Positions 9,203 to 19,324 of a stretch of 64,000 nucleotides of DNA are shown piece by piece (within the stretch, counting starts at the first letter, position 1; every line of letters begins with the position of its first letter). The stretch lies in IMG/VR virus record IMGVR_UViG_3300020215_000002. One strand, given 5' to 3'. The translations under genes and the position numbers were made by a program. This stretch comes from an uncultured virus (IMG/VR IMGVR_UViG_3300020215_000002). Its lineage: Duplodnaviria > Heunggongvirae > Uroviricota > Caudoviricetes. A model generated the notes under the pieces. It was not told the DNA's origin, ran no database searches, and saw only the letters and a list, made by a program, of their open reading frames with translations.

Positions 9203-9484
9203 GTGGAGCGGAGCGACTACGACCTCCTGTCGATTGACGAGGTTGCCCGCACCATCGGGCAGTCGGCGCGGAACCTCCGCCGGATGATCCGGGACGGGGA
9301 GTTCCCGGAGGGGTTCCCGGCCCCCCGGTCCCTCAAGTGGCAGTGGGCCACGGTCCGGGACTGGGTTGTCCGGCGGAAAGTGATGGCCGAGATGCAGCGA
9401 CAAAAAGCGGACATCCCCGGCCAATCCGGGACATCTGTCCCGGAGGGGGCCGACGCCCCTGGCGGAACGAAAAAGAGGGGTTAG
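9203..9484 (+). CDS. AlpA-family HTH regulator
   Basis: LLSIDEVARTIGQSARNLRRMIRDGEFPEG..W....VRDW. Confidence 0.8.
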   Translation: MERSDYDLLSIDEVARTIGQSARNLRRMIRDGEFPEGFPAPRSLKWQWATVRDWVVRRKVMAEMQRQKADIPGQSGTSVPEGADAPGGTKKRG

Positions 9485-10569
9485 TATCCGAGTGACTTCG
9501 CGGAAGGGTCTCAGATGATTCGCTCCATTGCGACGGGTTTCGCCGGGGACGTGCTCTGGCGGCTGTCCGAAGTGCTGTGGGTCTGGCTGCGGTCGTGCCG
9601 GCGGCGGGCCCGGCAGTGCTGGCGGGCGGCCGGCGCCTTCGGGCGGGTGCCCGCCAAGGGGGGGCCGTGACGGACCCAGAAGCCATGCGGCGGCGGTACA
9701 AACGGCGGTTCTACCGGGCACAGGCCGGCGCCCACGCGGGTCTGGCGGCCCTGAACGCCGCGGTGGCGGCCTGCTACCTCGGGGACGCCTGGGTCGTAGC
9801 CCTGTGGCTATTGGCGTCCGCCTGCTGGCTGGGGTCGGGCGTGTACTCGTGGAAGACGGCGGACCTGTTCCGGGAGCCCGCCCCATGACCGAGGCCGTGC
9901 TGCTGGAGGTCGGTTCGGCCGCCCTGTCGCTCGCCGGGCTGGCGGCCGTGACGTTCGGCGGGGCGTGGGCGGCGGCCTGGCTGTTCGGGCCGGCCGAGAC
10001 GGAAGAGACAACGTGAAGACACGGGCGGGCGGCCCGGCCGGCACGTACCGGCTCCGCGGGCCACCGGGGCGAGGGGTGCGATCCCCGCTTGCAGCCTCGG
10101 GGGCCATCCGGGGCCGCCCGCCTGGGACGCCAACGAGGGAGGTTGCCGTGCGGTTCCTTCGCCGTCTTCGGTGTGCCTTGTTTGGCCACCGCCGGGGCAC
10201 GGAGGACATGGGCGGGGTGATCTACGAGGTCTGTGAGCGGTGCCCGTGGGTGGGGCGCCACGCCGAATACCCGCTCGACTATCAGGATCGCGGTCCCTGC
10301 CTCGGGGGCGTGTGTCGCGCGGGCCTGGGCCACCCCGCCCCGCCCGCTGAAGATCAACAGGCCACGGGCGAAAAGTGCCGGGCGACCGGCGGCTCTCGAT
10401 AGTCTGTGCCACCCTGACCCCGTGCTCTAGGGGCGGATGCCGTCCGGGGTAATGAGCGGCGACGGGGGCCTCGGTCCCACCACCCGGCCCGGACCTGACA
10501 CCGGACGAGACGCGACGGGCGGCGCTCCCGCGGGGAGATGCGAACCCGGTGCGCGCGGAGGGAAGGACG

Positions 10570-11355
10570 ATGGCGGTCGGGTTCGAGGCGGTCAACGAGG
10601 TCGCGGACGCCAAGGCCGCCCGGAAGCGGCGGCAAGCGTTCTACACCCCGCTCGCTCTCGTGGACCGGCTGGTGGAGGTCGCCGACGTGTCCGAGTTCAC
10701 CCGCGTCCTGGAGCCGAGCGCGGGGGACGGGCGGATCGTCCACCGCCTCCGGCAGGCGGGGGCGGTCCGGATCGAAGCCTGCGAGATCGAGGCGGGGCTG
10801 CACGAGCGGATTCGGGCGGCCGGCGGCGAGGTGGTTGGGACCGACTTCCTCAAGCACGCCCCCGGCCAGGTCTACGACCGGATTGTCATGAACCCGCCGT
10901 TCAAGGGCAAGGCGTGCGACCGCCACATCGAGTACGCCTGGACGCTACTCGCCCCCGGCGGCCGCCTGCTGTCGGTCGCCCCGCCGACCGTGGCCCAGCG
11001 GATGGAACGGTGTGAGTTGAAGCTACCGGGCTGCACTGACGCGACTGTTGAGCACCTCGGCCCGGACTGGTTCAAGGATTACGGGACCGGCATTGACGTG
11101 ATCTTGGTCGAGTTGTGCCGGGATCTGAAGGGCGGGCCGCAGCCGTGCGAAGGGTTCGTCAATCACGCGACGTTTAACGCCGCCGTGACGGCGGCCAGCA
11201 CGCGGAAGTTGTGGGAGCGGGCCCGGGGGCCGGAAGGGATCGCCCTGGGGTCCGACCCGAAGAGCCCGCTCAGGGAGGCCATCCGCCAGGAGAGCGGGTC
11301 CTACTACGGGATCGACTGGGCCGAAGTGACGGAATACCTACGGCCCAACGACTAA
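10570..11355 (+). CDS. SAM-dependent (probably DNA adenine) methyltransferase
   Basis: FYTP, VLEPSAGDG, YDRIVMNPPF. Confidence 0.85.
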   Translation: MAVGFEAVNEVADAKAARKRRQAFYTPLALVDRLVEVADVSEFTRVLEPSAGDGRIVHRLRQAGAVRIEACEIEAGLHERIRAAGGEVVGTDFLKHAPGQVYDRIVMNPPFKGKACDRHIEYAWTLLAPGGRLLSVAPPTVAQRMERCELKLPGCTDATVEHLGPDWFKDYGTGIDVILVELCRDLKGGPQPCEGFVNHATFNAAVTAASTRKLWERARGPEGIALGSDPKSPLREAIRQESGSYYGIDWAEVTEYLRPND

Positions 11356-11381
11356 CGCCCGGAGGGGCAAGGAGGTGCGAG

Positions 11382-11645
11382 ATGGCCGTAATGGTGGACG
11401 ACCTGCACCGGCCGGGCAAGCTCGGCTGGTACGACGTGACGTACTGCCGGTTGTTCGGCGACGACCCGGTGGAGCTGGAAGCCCTCGCCGAGGACCTGAT
11501 CGGCCCGTCGTGCTGGAAGTGGTTCCGGGCGGAGCCCCGGCCGCATTACGAGGTGACCGCCGGCTGCCGGCAGCGGGCGATCAAGAAAGGCGCCACCCCC
11601 GTGCCGGCCGCGGAGTTCGAGGCCCGTGTGCTGGAGGCCGCATGA
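11382..11645 (+). CDS. DUF4031-like protein
   Basis: MAVMVDD..C.LFGDD..EL..LA..IG...WF....PHYEVT...RQRAIKKGA. Confidence 0.7.
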   Translation: MAVMVDDLHRPGKLGWYDVTYCRLFGDDPVELEALAEDLIGPSCWKWFRAEPRPHYEVTAGCRQRAIKKGATPVPAAEFEARVLEAA

Positions 11646-12082
11646 CCACGCTGACCACGGCCCGCGACGCCGGCTTCGAGGCGGCCCTGGTGGGGAGGCC
11701 AGAGGACGCCGGCCTGCGCCTCGTCTACGCGGACTGGTTGGATGACCGGGGGGAACACGCCTATGCGGCGGCCCACCGGTGGCTGGCGAAGGTCGAGCGG
11801 TGGCCGGTCAGGTGCGAGATATCCAAGCGAAAGGTCTGGTTCGTGTTCGGTCATGATGGGCACTCCGTCAAAAAGCAGCCGAAGTCCAAATGGTTCCCGG
11901 CACTGTTGCCCGCAGCCGCATTTGACCGGCTCGGCGTGGGCCTGGACTACTTCGTCACCCCCCAGAGCGCTCGTCAGGATCGGCTCGAACCTTGGGCCAG
12001 TGGCGGTTGGCTCTATTACCGCGACCCCCAGCAGGCCGTGGAATATTTGGCAAAAGCTCTAGACGGGACCAACGAGGGATAA
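11642..12082 (+). CDS. TIGR02996-domain protein
   Basis: FEAALVGRPEDAGLRLVYADWLDDRGE. Confidence 0.85.
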   Translation: MTTLTTARDAGFEAALVGRPEDAGLRLVYADWLDDRGEHAYAAAHRWLAKVERWPVRCEISKRKVWFVFGHDGHSVKKQPKSKWFPALLPAAAFDRLGVGLDYFVTPQSARQDRLEPWASGGWLYYRDPQQAVEYLAKALDGTNEG

Positions 12083-12084
12083 CC

Positions 12085-12699
12085 ATGGTCCGCAAGCCGC
12101 GAATGCACGAGCAACCCGACTGGCCGGACAACCTGCGGGCAACTGTCGGATTGAGTGAGCGTCTGGTGGCTGTCGTCGGGTTTGACGGATACGCGGTAAC
12201 CGAATCTGGCCGCGTCTTCAGTTCATTATCTCGCGCCCATTGCCCACAGGAAGAGTTCCGCGAAGTGAAGGCGAGGGTCAGCAAGAAGGGATATCTGAAC
12301 TTTCATTTCTGCCGGAACGGGGGCGAGAAGAGGCTTGTTTACCTTCATCGAGTTCTCGCTGCTGCTTTTTTGCCGCCCCCGCCGTCTGGCCAAAACGTGG
12401 TCCGGCATCTCAACGGCGACAGGCAAGACAACCGGCTGGAGAATCTGGCCTGGGGCACAGCGGCAGACAACTGCCAGGACACCCTACGCCACGGCAATAC
12501 GACCCGTGGCGAAAAGTGCGGAACCTCCAAGCTGACCGCGGCGCAAGTTTTGGAGATTAGGTCACTGCTTGAATCCGGTGAGACCCAAAAAGCGGTGGCG
12601 AAAAAGTTCGGGGTCACGCGAGGGTGCATCTGCCACGTTTGGCGAGGGGCGACTTGGGCGCATTTGCCATCCCCCCGTGCCCTGGAGTCGGCCGCGTGA
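12085..12699 (+). CDS. NUMOD4-like/HNH homing endonuclease with C-terminal HTH
   Basis: YAVTESGRVFS, HRVLAAAF, VRHLNGDRQDNRLENLAWGT, SKLTAAQVLEIR; lower GC than its neighbours. Confidence 0.88.
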   Translation: MVRKPRMHEQPDWPDNLRATVGLSERLVAVVGFDGYAVTESGRVFSSLSRAHCPQEEFREVKARVSKKGYLNFHFCRNGGEKRLVYLHRVLAAAFLPPPPSGQNVVRHLNGDRQDNRLENLAWGTAADNCQDTLRHGNTTRGEKCGTSKLTAAQVLEIRSLLESGETQKAVAKKFGVTRGCICHVWRGATWAHLPSPRALESAA

Positions 12700-14317
12700 G
12701 CCCCGACGCCGTGACCGCCTGCGGCCTGGTCGTCCTGCTGGCCGCGCTCAGGATTGCGTACTGCTGCGTGCCGCCCCGCCGGGGTGGCCAGACTCGAAAC
12801 CCTTCGGAGCCCACGCCCATGACCACCGACTCCCCCGCGGACCTCCCGGCCGCCGTCCGCCGCGAACACCTGACCACGCTCGGGAAGGTGCAGGCCGAGA
12901 TGATCCTGATGGGGTTGGGGCGGTATGCCCCGGAACTGACGCGGCGGGTGAGGCGGCTAGAGACGTACTTGCCTGATCCCGCGGCCATCGACTTCGACGC
13001 CCTGCCGGCGGACTACACCGCCACACGGGCCATGAGGAAGACGGGGCTGGCGGCGGTCGTGACGGCGGTCACGGAGGTGGTCCGCAAGGCGTTCGGGCGG
13101 CGGGCGGGGGCCGAGGCGTGAAGAAGGCATTCCGAACCACCTGGGGCGGCGTCACGAGCGTCGTGGCCGCGGAGTCGGCCGCCAAGGCGCGGGCCGTCAC
13201 CGTGCGGGCCGCCCTGGAGGTCTACACCCGCAAGCAGGTCCGGTTCGTGGACGTCAAGGTCCGCCGGGCCGCGGAGTACGACGAATGGGCGGCGGCGGAC
13301 ACGACGGGACACTGCTGGGACGAGAAGATCCTGGCCGTGGCCCTGCGGGTGCCCGCGGGGGCGAAGGCGTGAGCAAAGTCCAAGTGCGTGACCACCGGAG
13401 CGGGAATGGCCGCGTCGTGCGCGTGTACCGCCGTGGCCGACTCCAACTGGCTATTTACGGGCCTCTCATCCCGAACGCGATGGACGTGTTTGTGTACAAC
13501 CCGAACGCGGTGGGCGGAACGCGGGTCGAAGCCCGCTACCTGATGGACGCATTCCACTTCCTGCCCGTGGGCGACCTGGGGAAGTGGCTCGAAGCCGCCG
13601 CCGACCGTTACCCCAAAACGCTCGCCTGGGCCCTGGCCCGGTGGCGGGGGCTGTTCCCGGAGGGTGTGACGTGAGCGACGAGAAGACGGTGGATGCGGAC
13701 TTCCTGGCCCGGTGGATTTCGGGCTCCCGCCCACTGCGGGAGTGCGAGGCCGAACGGAAGCGGCTGGCCGAGGCCGCGGCGGACATCCAGCGAGTCATGG
13801 CCAACCTCGTGGCCATCGTCGCCTCGGGCCGCGAGTGGAAGTCCTGCTTCGCAACCCTGGAGCAAGTCCACTTCGCCGGCTGGTGCCTGGTGCGGTTGGG
13901 GCTAATGACGCGGGCCGACCTGCGGGAGTTGGTCCGGCCGGTGGCGAAGGAAGTGGACGCCGAGGCGTGCTTCTGCGGGCCGGACGACGATTGGACTTAC
14001 GACCTGCCAGCCAAGGTGCCCCCCGCGTGACCGCCGAGGAATGGAGGCAAGCCGTGAGTGATCCGAGGTTGCCCGAGGTCCTGCCGGAGTGCGAGACCCC
14101 CGAAGAGAGGGTTGCGCGGGAATTGGCGATCCGGGAGTGGTGGCATTTGCCAAGCCGCGAGCGGTCGCTGACGTCCATCCCCGCCTTGGTCGCGAAGCAC
14201 CTGCGGGCCGTGCTGCGGGCGCGGTGTTTGGAGGCCCAGGCGGCGGAGGTCCGCGACGCCGCGGCCGAGGCGGAGCCGGAGTACGTCGTGTTCGGGGGCG
14301 AGGCGGGGGGAGCGTGA
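12696..14317 (+). CDS. Run of five translationally coupled small hypothetical genes (12696-13121, 13118-13372, 13369-13674, 13671-14030, 14027-14317)
   Basis: Consecutive GTGA stop/start overlaps. Confidence 0.6.
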
Positions 14318-14328
14318 AAGAGGCTGCC

Positions 14329-14541
14329 ATGACCTTCGACCCCGCCGCCTTCGCCGCCCGCGTCAAGCTGGCCCGCCAGTGCCGGAAGTGGTCCCTGGAC
14401 CGGCTGGCAAGGGAAACAGGCTTGTCAAAGACGTACCTGTGGGAAATCGAAAAGGGCGGGAAGAACGTGAGCGTTGAGACGCTGACGGCCTTCTGCCGGG
14501 TGTTCGAGTTGCGGGCCGATTACCTCCTGTTCGGGACGTGA
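14329..14541 (+). CDS. XRE-family HTH protein
   Basis: FAARVKLARQCRKWSLDRLARETGLSKTYLWEIEKG. Confidence 0.85.
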   Translation: MTFDPAAFAARVKLARQCRKWSLDRLARETGLSKTYLWEIEKGGKNVSVETLTAFCRVFELRADYLLFGT

Positions 14542-14986
14542 CATGAGAGACGACGGCTGGGTCATCGTGTGGGTGCGGGAGCACACGGACTACCCGACGA
14601 TGACTACCAACATCGCGGACGGGGAACTGGCCCGGCGGATGGCCGACGAGATGGTCCGGCAGGGGCACGAGATCGTGGCCGTGTGCCCGGCGGGCCGCCT
14701 GCGAACTCTAGCGGACGGAGCGGCGGTATGACGATTGCGCTCGGCTGGTGGCTGATCCCGACCGCCCTGTCGGCAATCTGCCTGGGGATGATGTTCCGCC
14801 CGGACCGCGAGCCCTGCGGCGGCCTGTGGGACTTCAGCCTGACGCCTCTCTTCCGGGCGTTCTGGCTGATCCCCATCTTGCTCGTGTGGCTGGTGTACTT
14901 CGCGGCCTTGGCGGCGTGATTCGGGGCCGACCGCCTGACCCGCCCGGGCACGCGGGGCGGGCGGCGGGGGTGCGAGAGGGGGCGAA

Positions 14987-15976
14987 ATGACGGACGTGAT
15001 GAGCTTCGGCGGCGGGGTGCAGTCCACCGCGATCATGACGCTCGCTGGCGAGGGGCTGATCCCAATGCCGGCCCGGTGGGTATTCAGCGACCCCGGCTTT
15101 GAGACTGGGGCCACCTACGCCCACCTGGAGCGGTGCAAGGAGTACCTAGCGAAGAAGGGGGCAAATCTCGACGTGGTGACGGCCGGCAACATCCGCGAGG
15201 ACGCGGTTGAGTTCGCCCGTCGTCGGCACGAGCCGGACGTGAAGCGGTACGCGAGCATCCCGATGTTTGTCCGCCGGCCGGACGGCGAGCAGGGCATCAT
15301 GCCCCGGCAATGCACGACGGAATACAAGCTCGAACCCATCGAGGCGTACCACCGCCGGGAGCTGCTGGGGCTGAAGCCCCGCCAACGGGCCCCGAAGGAA
15401 TTGGCGGTCAACGTCTGGATCGGGATCAGCGCCGACGAGGAGAGGCGGGCCAAGCCGCCGGGCATGTGGCGGACGCAGAAGGCCACGGTCGGCGAGACGC
15501 TGTGGGACGGCCCGAACGTGGTCGAGCGGAAGGTGTGGGAGCCGATCCCGTGGCAGGTGAAGTCCTTCCCCCTGCTCGGCTACGCCCTGCACCCGGACCG
15601 GTCCCGCGTCCCGGACGAGCGGTTCGACCACTGTACGGGCTGGGACCGGGACGACGCGAAGGACTGGCTGGCGAAGTCGTGGCCGTACCCGGTGCCGCGG
15701 TCGGCGTGCATCTGCTGCCCATACCGGACCAACGAAGAGTGGGCGGCGATGGAGCCCGCAGAGTTCGCCCAGGCGGTCGAGTTCGACAACGCGGTCCGGG
15801 CCGGGTACGGCGGGCAGGATGCCCGCCGGCAAGTTCGCGGCGAACTTGCCGGCGTCCCGTACCTGCACCGGACGATGGTCCCGCTCGAAATGGCCGACCT
15901 ATCGGAGCCGCTAAACGACCGGATGGGGTGCGGGGGCCTGTTCTCTCAAGAGCCAGACGGCATCTGTGGCGTGTGA
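14987..15976 (+). CDS. PAPS-reductase-like (PP-loop) phage protein
   Basis: SFGGGVQSTA, FSDPGFE, RQCTTEYK, WIGISADE, PRSACICCPY, C-terminal CGV. Confidence 0.8.
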   Translation: MTDVMSFGGGVQSTAIMTLAGEGLIPMPARWVFSDPGFETGATYAHLERCKEYLAKKGANLDVVTAGNIREDAVEFARRRHEPDVKRYASIPMFVRRPDGEQGIMPRQCTTEYKLEPIEAYHRRELLGLKPRQRAPKELAVNVWIGISADEERRAKPPGMWRTQKATVGETLWDGPNVVERKVWEPIPWQVKSFPLLGYALHPDRSRVPDERFDHCTGWDRDDAKDWLAKSWPYPVPRSACICCPYRTNEEWAAMEPAEFAQAVEFDNAVRAGYGGQDARRQVRGELAGVPYLHRTMVPLEMADLSEPLNDRMGCGGLFSQEPDGICGV

Positions 15977-16107
15977 CCACCGCCTGACGCCGCCCCCGGC
16001 GGACACGCGGGCGGGGAACACGGGTCCGGGCGGCCCAGGGGTGCCGCCGTGGGGGCCGCACCCGGCGGGAAGCCGGACCCGTTTGGACACTTGGGGGGAT
16101 GGACGAG

Positions 16108-16590
16108 TCAGTCAGGCTTGGATTTGGGCTTCGGCTTGGAAGGCAAGGTGGGCCGGTTCTTCAGGAACTCGGCGTACTCGGCGAAGACGATGGGCTCCAG
16201 CCGGTCCGCGATGTAGTCCGCGAGGCTGTAACCCTTTCGGCGGGCAACCATCTCCCGGATCATCCCGCCCATGTCGGTGGTGATCCGGACGGGTTCGGTT
16301 GACGGGTCGTGGGGACCCCATCCCGCAGAGGCGGGGTCAGGGCTCGGGTTGTGAGCCTTGTTGTGGACGGGGCGCAGGGTCCGAATCCAGTGCCGCTCGG
16401 CCTCAACCAGTTGATCGTCCGGGACGGCGAGGAAGACGGACTCGGCGAAGTTCTTGCCCGGACAGTGGGCGTGCGACCACACCCGACGGGACGGCCAGAC
16501 GGACGACCCGACGTAGACGATCTGGCCGTCGCGGATCAGGAAGTAGACCCCCGGCCCGTCCGGGGGGAGGGCGGTGACGGACGCGGCCAA
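16108..16590 (-). CDS. GIY-YIG nuclease fused to a C-terminal RHH-like domain
   Basis: PGVYFLIRDGQIVYVGSS..RRVWSH..E..WIRTLRPVHN; the C-terminus resembles the 3791-4096 protein; TTG start inferred. Confidence 0.7.
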   Translation of the reverse strand: MAASVTALPPDGPGVYFLIRDGQIVYVGSSVWPSRRVWSHAHCPGKNFAESVFLAVPDDQLVEAERHWIRTLRPVHNKAHNPSPDPASAGWGPHDPSTEPVRITTDMGGMIREMVARRKGYSLADYIADRLEPIVFAEYAEFLKNRPTLPSKPKPKSKPD

Positions 16591-16613
16591 GGCCGGCCAC
16601 CGGTCCCGCCAGC

Positions 16614-16841
16614 CTAAATGTCCTCGGGGTAGTTCGGCTTGAACTTGAGCTTGAGCTTCCGGGCCCGCTGTTCGAGGGAGATTTGCGTCTCGGTGGTCAT
16701 GTTCCGGTGGTCCGCCTTGCAGATCGCCCGGAGCAGGTGCCAATACTCGGTCGGCAACCGGAGAAGGAAGTAGTCCCCCGTGGGAGGGGTTTCCTCGGAC
16801 TTCTTTTTGGCCATCGGTTCCAACAGGGCTGCGGTGTCCAT
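16614..16841 (-). CDS. Arc-like ribbon-helix-helix repressor
   Basis: FLLRLPTEYWHLLRAICKADHRNMTTETQISLE. Confidence 0.7.
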   Translation of the reverse strand: MDTAALLEPMAKKKSEETPPTGDYFLLRLPTEYWHLLRAICKADHRNMTTETQISLEQRARKLKLKFKPNYPEDI

Positions 16842-16860
16842 CCATCGTCCTCTCCGGGAG

Positions 16861-16958
16861 ATTGTAAACGGTCATTCGCACCGATGGGCAACCCATTTCG
16901 GATTGTGTAGACGGATGTATTATACGCTCTTGATTTCTGTAAACAAGATCGATACAGT
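16861..16958. promoter_or_regulatory. Divergent promoter region with TGTA(A/G)AC repeats
   Basis: Plus strand TTGATT(16930)-17-TACAGT(16953). Minus strand TATAAT at 16919-16924. Three TGTARAC copies. Confidence 0.6.
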
Positions 16959-16970
16959 GGGCCAATGCCC

Positions 16971-17194
16971 ACAGTCGCCCGTTCCGTTCAAGGTGCCCGA
17001 TGAGCAAGGAACACACGACCATCTGCGAGAACTGCGACGCGGTGGTGCCCGTCGAGGACACGCACTCGTGCCCCGACTGCGGCCTTGACCCGCTGTGCCC
17101 GTCCTGCGTGTGCGAGGACTGCCCCGGATCGCCCGACGACGAAGAGGAGTAGCCCCATAACAGTCGCCCGTTCCGTTCCAGGTGGCCTATGAGC
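16971..17194 (+). repeat. 35-bp direct repeat (16971-17005 and 17160-17194) containing the SD and start codon
   Basis: ACAGTCGCCCGTTCCGTTCaAGGTGcCCgATGAGC, 32/35 identical. Confidence 0.9.
17000..17152 (+). CDS. 50-aa Cys-rich protein (not in the ORF track)
   Basis: MSKEHTTICENCDAVVPVEDTHSCPDCGLDPLCPSCVCEDCPGSPDDEEE. Confidence 0.65.
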   Translation: MSKEHTTICENCDAVVPVEDTHSCPDCGLDPLCPSCVCEDCPGSPDDEEE

Positions 17195-17512
17195 GAACCG
17201 GACCTGCTAGTGACGGCGAGGAATGTGGCCGGCGCCTTCCGCCAGCGGGTGGCGCACGGCGTCCCCGACTACCAGCACATCGCGGCGGAACTGCCGGTGG
17301 CCATCGCCATCGACAAGCTGGCCGATGAGGTGGAGCGGCTACGCGGGGTGAACGCCGGCCTGCTCGCCGCGTGCGAGGCCGCCCTGCCGTTCCTCCGCCT
17401 CGAACACACGATGGCTGCGAACGTGGACGACGCGGCGACCCCGCGGCTGCTGGGCATCCGGCGCGTCCTGTTCCCCTTGGAAGCCGCCGTCGCCAAGGCC
17501 AAAGGCGTCTGA
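17189..17512 (+). CDS. Hypothetical protein
   Basis: ORF starting inside the second repeat copy. Confidence 0.65.
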   Translation: MSEPDLLVTARNVAGAFRQRVAHGVPDYQHIAAELPVAIAIDKLADEVERLRGVNAGLLAACEAALPFLRLEHTMAANVDDAATPRLLGIRRVLFPLEAAVAKAKGV

Positions 17513-17529
17513 CCGCCCGGAGGTGCCCG

Positions 17530-17916
17530 ATGAGCGAAGTCATGGTGCCGGTCGAGTACGAGACCGAGACGGCGGAGGGCCGGCTGTGGCTCGTGTTCGC
17601 CCACGAGCGGCCGGACGACTGGAAGCAGTACCACGGGTGCGGGTGCATGTCCTGCAAGGCGTTCCGGACCGAGTTCCGCCGCTGGCTGGCGGCCCGTGCC
17701 GACCGGCTGGAGGCCGAGAACGTGCGCCTGCGGGCCACGCTGAGGTACATCGCCGACCTGGGCGGCAACTTGGCGGACGAACACCTGACGGGCTGGACGG
17801 GGCCGAACGACGCGGCCCACCGGGGCCTGATGTACACGGAGGCCCGGCGGCTCGCCGTCGAAGCGCTGGTCGCGTTGGGCGAGCGGAGCCACTGGTGGCC
17901 CAAGCCGCAGTCGTGA
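17530..17916 (+). CDS. Hypothetical protein
   Basis: GGAGGTGCCCGATG start context. Confidence 0.65.
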   Translation: MSEVMVPVEYETETAEGRLWLVFAHERPDDWKQYHGCGCMSCKAFRTEFRRWLAARADRLEAENVRLRATLRYIADLGGNLADEHLTGWTGPNDAAHRGLMYTEARRLAVEALVALGERSHWWPKPQS

Positions 17917-17961
17917 CGGGCCGGCTGGCAGACGCGGGGGTTCGAGTCCCCCGCGGCCCGA
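17917..17961 (+). ncRNA. tRNA-like minihelix (acceptor-like stem plus T arm, no anticodon arm)
   Basis: CGGGCC..GCGGGGG TTCGAGT CCCCCGC GGCCCG A. Confidence 0.5.
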
Positions 17962-17988
17962 TGTGTTGACTTCTCCCACAGGTGTCCC

Positions 17989-18789
17989 ATGACCCCCGAG
18001 CTGTTCCTATCTCTGGCCGCCCCGTTCCCCCCGGATGACGTGGGGTGGAAGCCCCAATCGGTCAAAGGGAACCGCGCTCTTGCGATTGCGTACATCGACG
18101 CCCGGAACGTGATGGACCGGCTGGACGAGGTGGTCCATCCGGGCGGCTGGAAGGACGCCTACGACGTGATCCAGGACGGGTCCGTGGTCTGCCACCTGTC
18201 GCTCAAGGTGGACGGCGAGTGGCTGACGAAATCGGACGTCGGCTCTCCCAGCGAGCAGCCGGACGGCGGGGACCGACTCAAGGCGGCCTTTTCGGACGCC
18301 TTGAAGCGGGCGGCCGTGAAGTGGGGGATCGGGCGATACCTGTACTCGCTGCCCCACCAGTGGGCCGACTACGACCCGCGGAAGCGGTCGTTCGTCAGTC
18401 AGCCCCGGCTCCCGGATTGGGCCGTCCCGAAGGCCGCGAAGGCGTCCGCCCCGAAGCCGGAACCGACGTTGCAGCAGGCCGTGGTGGACAAGCTCGGGGC
18501 CACGCCCGTCAAGCCGGCCGGCCTCCCGGCGACCGGGGCCGAGCTTCACCAGCGGCTCCGGGACGCGGACGCCGATCTGGCGGCCAAGGGGTTATGCCAG
18601 ATCGGGGCGCTGCTGGCCCATGTCACCCAGGTGGGCATCAAAGCCGGGTTCGGGGCCGACCTGCGCAACTGGAGCGGGCCGGCCATTGAGCTGGCCGTGG
18701 CCGAGACCAAGGCGTTCAAGGCGAAGTTGCCGGCTTCTGGCAGCCTGTTTCCCGGCGGACCGCAGAACACGGCCGCCGCCCGTCACTAG
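17989..18789 (+). CDS. Rad52/Rad22-family (Sak-like) single-strand annealing protein
   Basis: LAAPFPPDDVGWK, AYIDARNVMDRLDEV, KAAFSDALKRAAVKWGIGRYLY. Confidence 0.92.
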   Translation: MTPELFLSLAAPFPPDDVGWKPQSVKGNRALAIAYIDARNVMDRLDEVVHPGGWKDAYDVIQDGSVVCHLSLKVDGEWLTKSDVGSPSEQPDGGDRLKAAFSDALKRAAVKWGIGRYLYSLPHQWADYDPRKRSFVSQPRLPDWAVPKAAKASAPKPEPTLQQAVVDKLGATPVKPAGLPATGAELHQRLRDADADLAAKGLCQIGALLAHVTQVGIKAGFGADLRNWSGPAIELAVAETKAFKAKLPASGSLFPGGPQNTAAARH

Positions 18790-18820
18790 CCCCCGGCAGG
18801 ACACCGCAGGACTTGCACCA

Positions 18821-19156
18821 ATGGACCTGTTCGACACGATTCCCGACGAGGGGGCGGCGATGGCCGACCGGGACGCGGCGCTGGGGCGAGTCGCGGACAA
18901 CGCCGAGGCCGCCACGTCGTTCATGACGCGCGGCCTCGCGGAGATCGCCCGGCTCCCGGCGGGCGAGTTCACCGGCGAGGACGTGCGGGATTGCCTCGTG
19001 CGCCTGGGGGTTGCGCCGCACCACCCGAACGCCTGGGGCGCCCTGATTGCCAAGGCGGTCCGGGACAAGTTGCTGACGCCGACGGGCGAGCGGCGGGCCA
19101 TGCGGGGGCCGCGGTCGCACGCCCGGCGGACCGACGTCTACCGGAAGGCGACCTGA
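18821..19156 (+). CDS. Phage hypothetical protein
   Basis: FTGEDVR..PHHPNAWGAL..SHAR motif. Confidence 0.7.
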   Translation: MDLFDTIPDEGAAMADRDAALGRVADNAEAATSFMTRGLAEIARLPAGEFTGEDVRDCLVRLGVAPHHPNAWGALIAKAVRDKLLTPTGERRAMRGPRSHARRTDVYRKAT

Positions 19157-19324
19157 CGTGGACGACTTCAACGCCATTGAGTTTTGCGCCCTCTGTGGGG
19201 CCGAGCGGACCGTGGCGGCCCTGATTGTTGTCGGCGGGGCGTTCCAGTGCGACCGGTGCCACCGTCGGCACGGCGAGGACGACTGGCTGGACGAGTACGA
19301 GCGGGACGACGAGAGGGAGTGAAC

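Noticed and set aside
16971..17194. Possible CRISPR mini-array
   Set aside because: Only two copies, separated by ~150 bp of coding sequence and containing SD and ATG; no cas genes.
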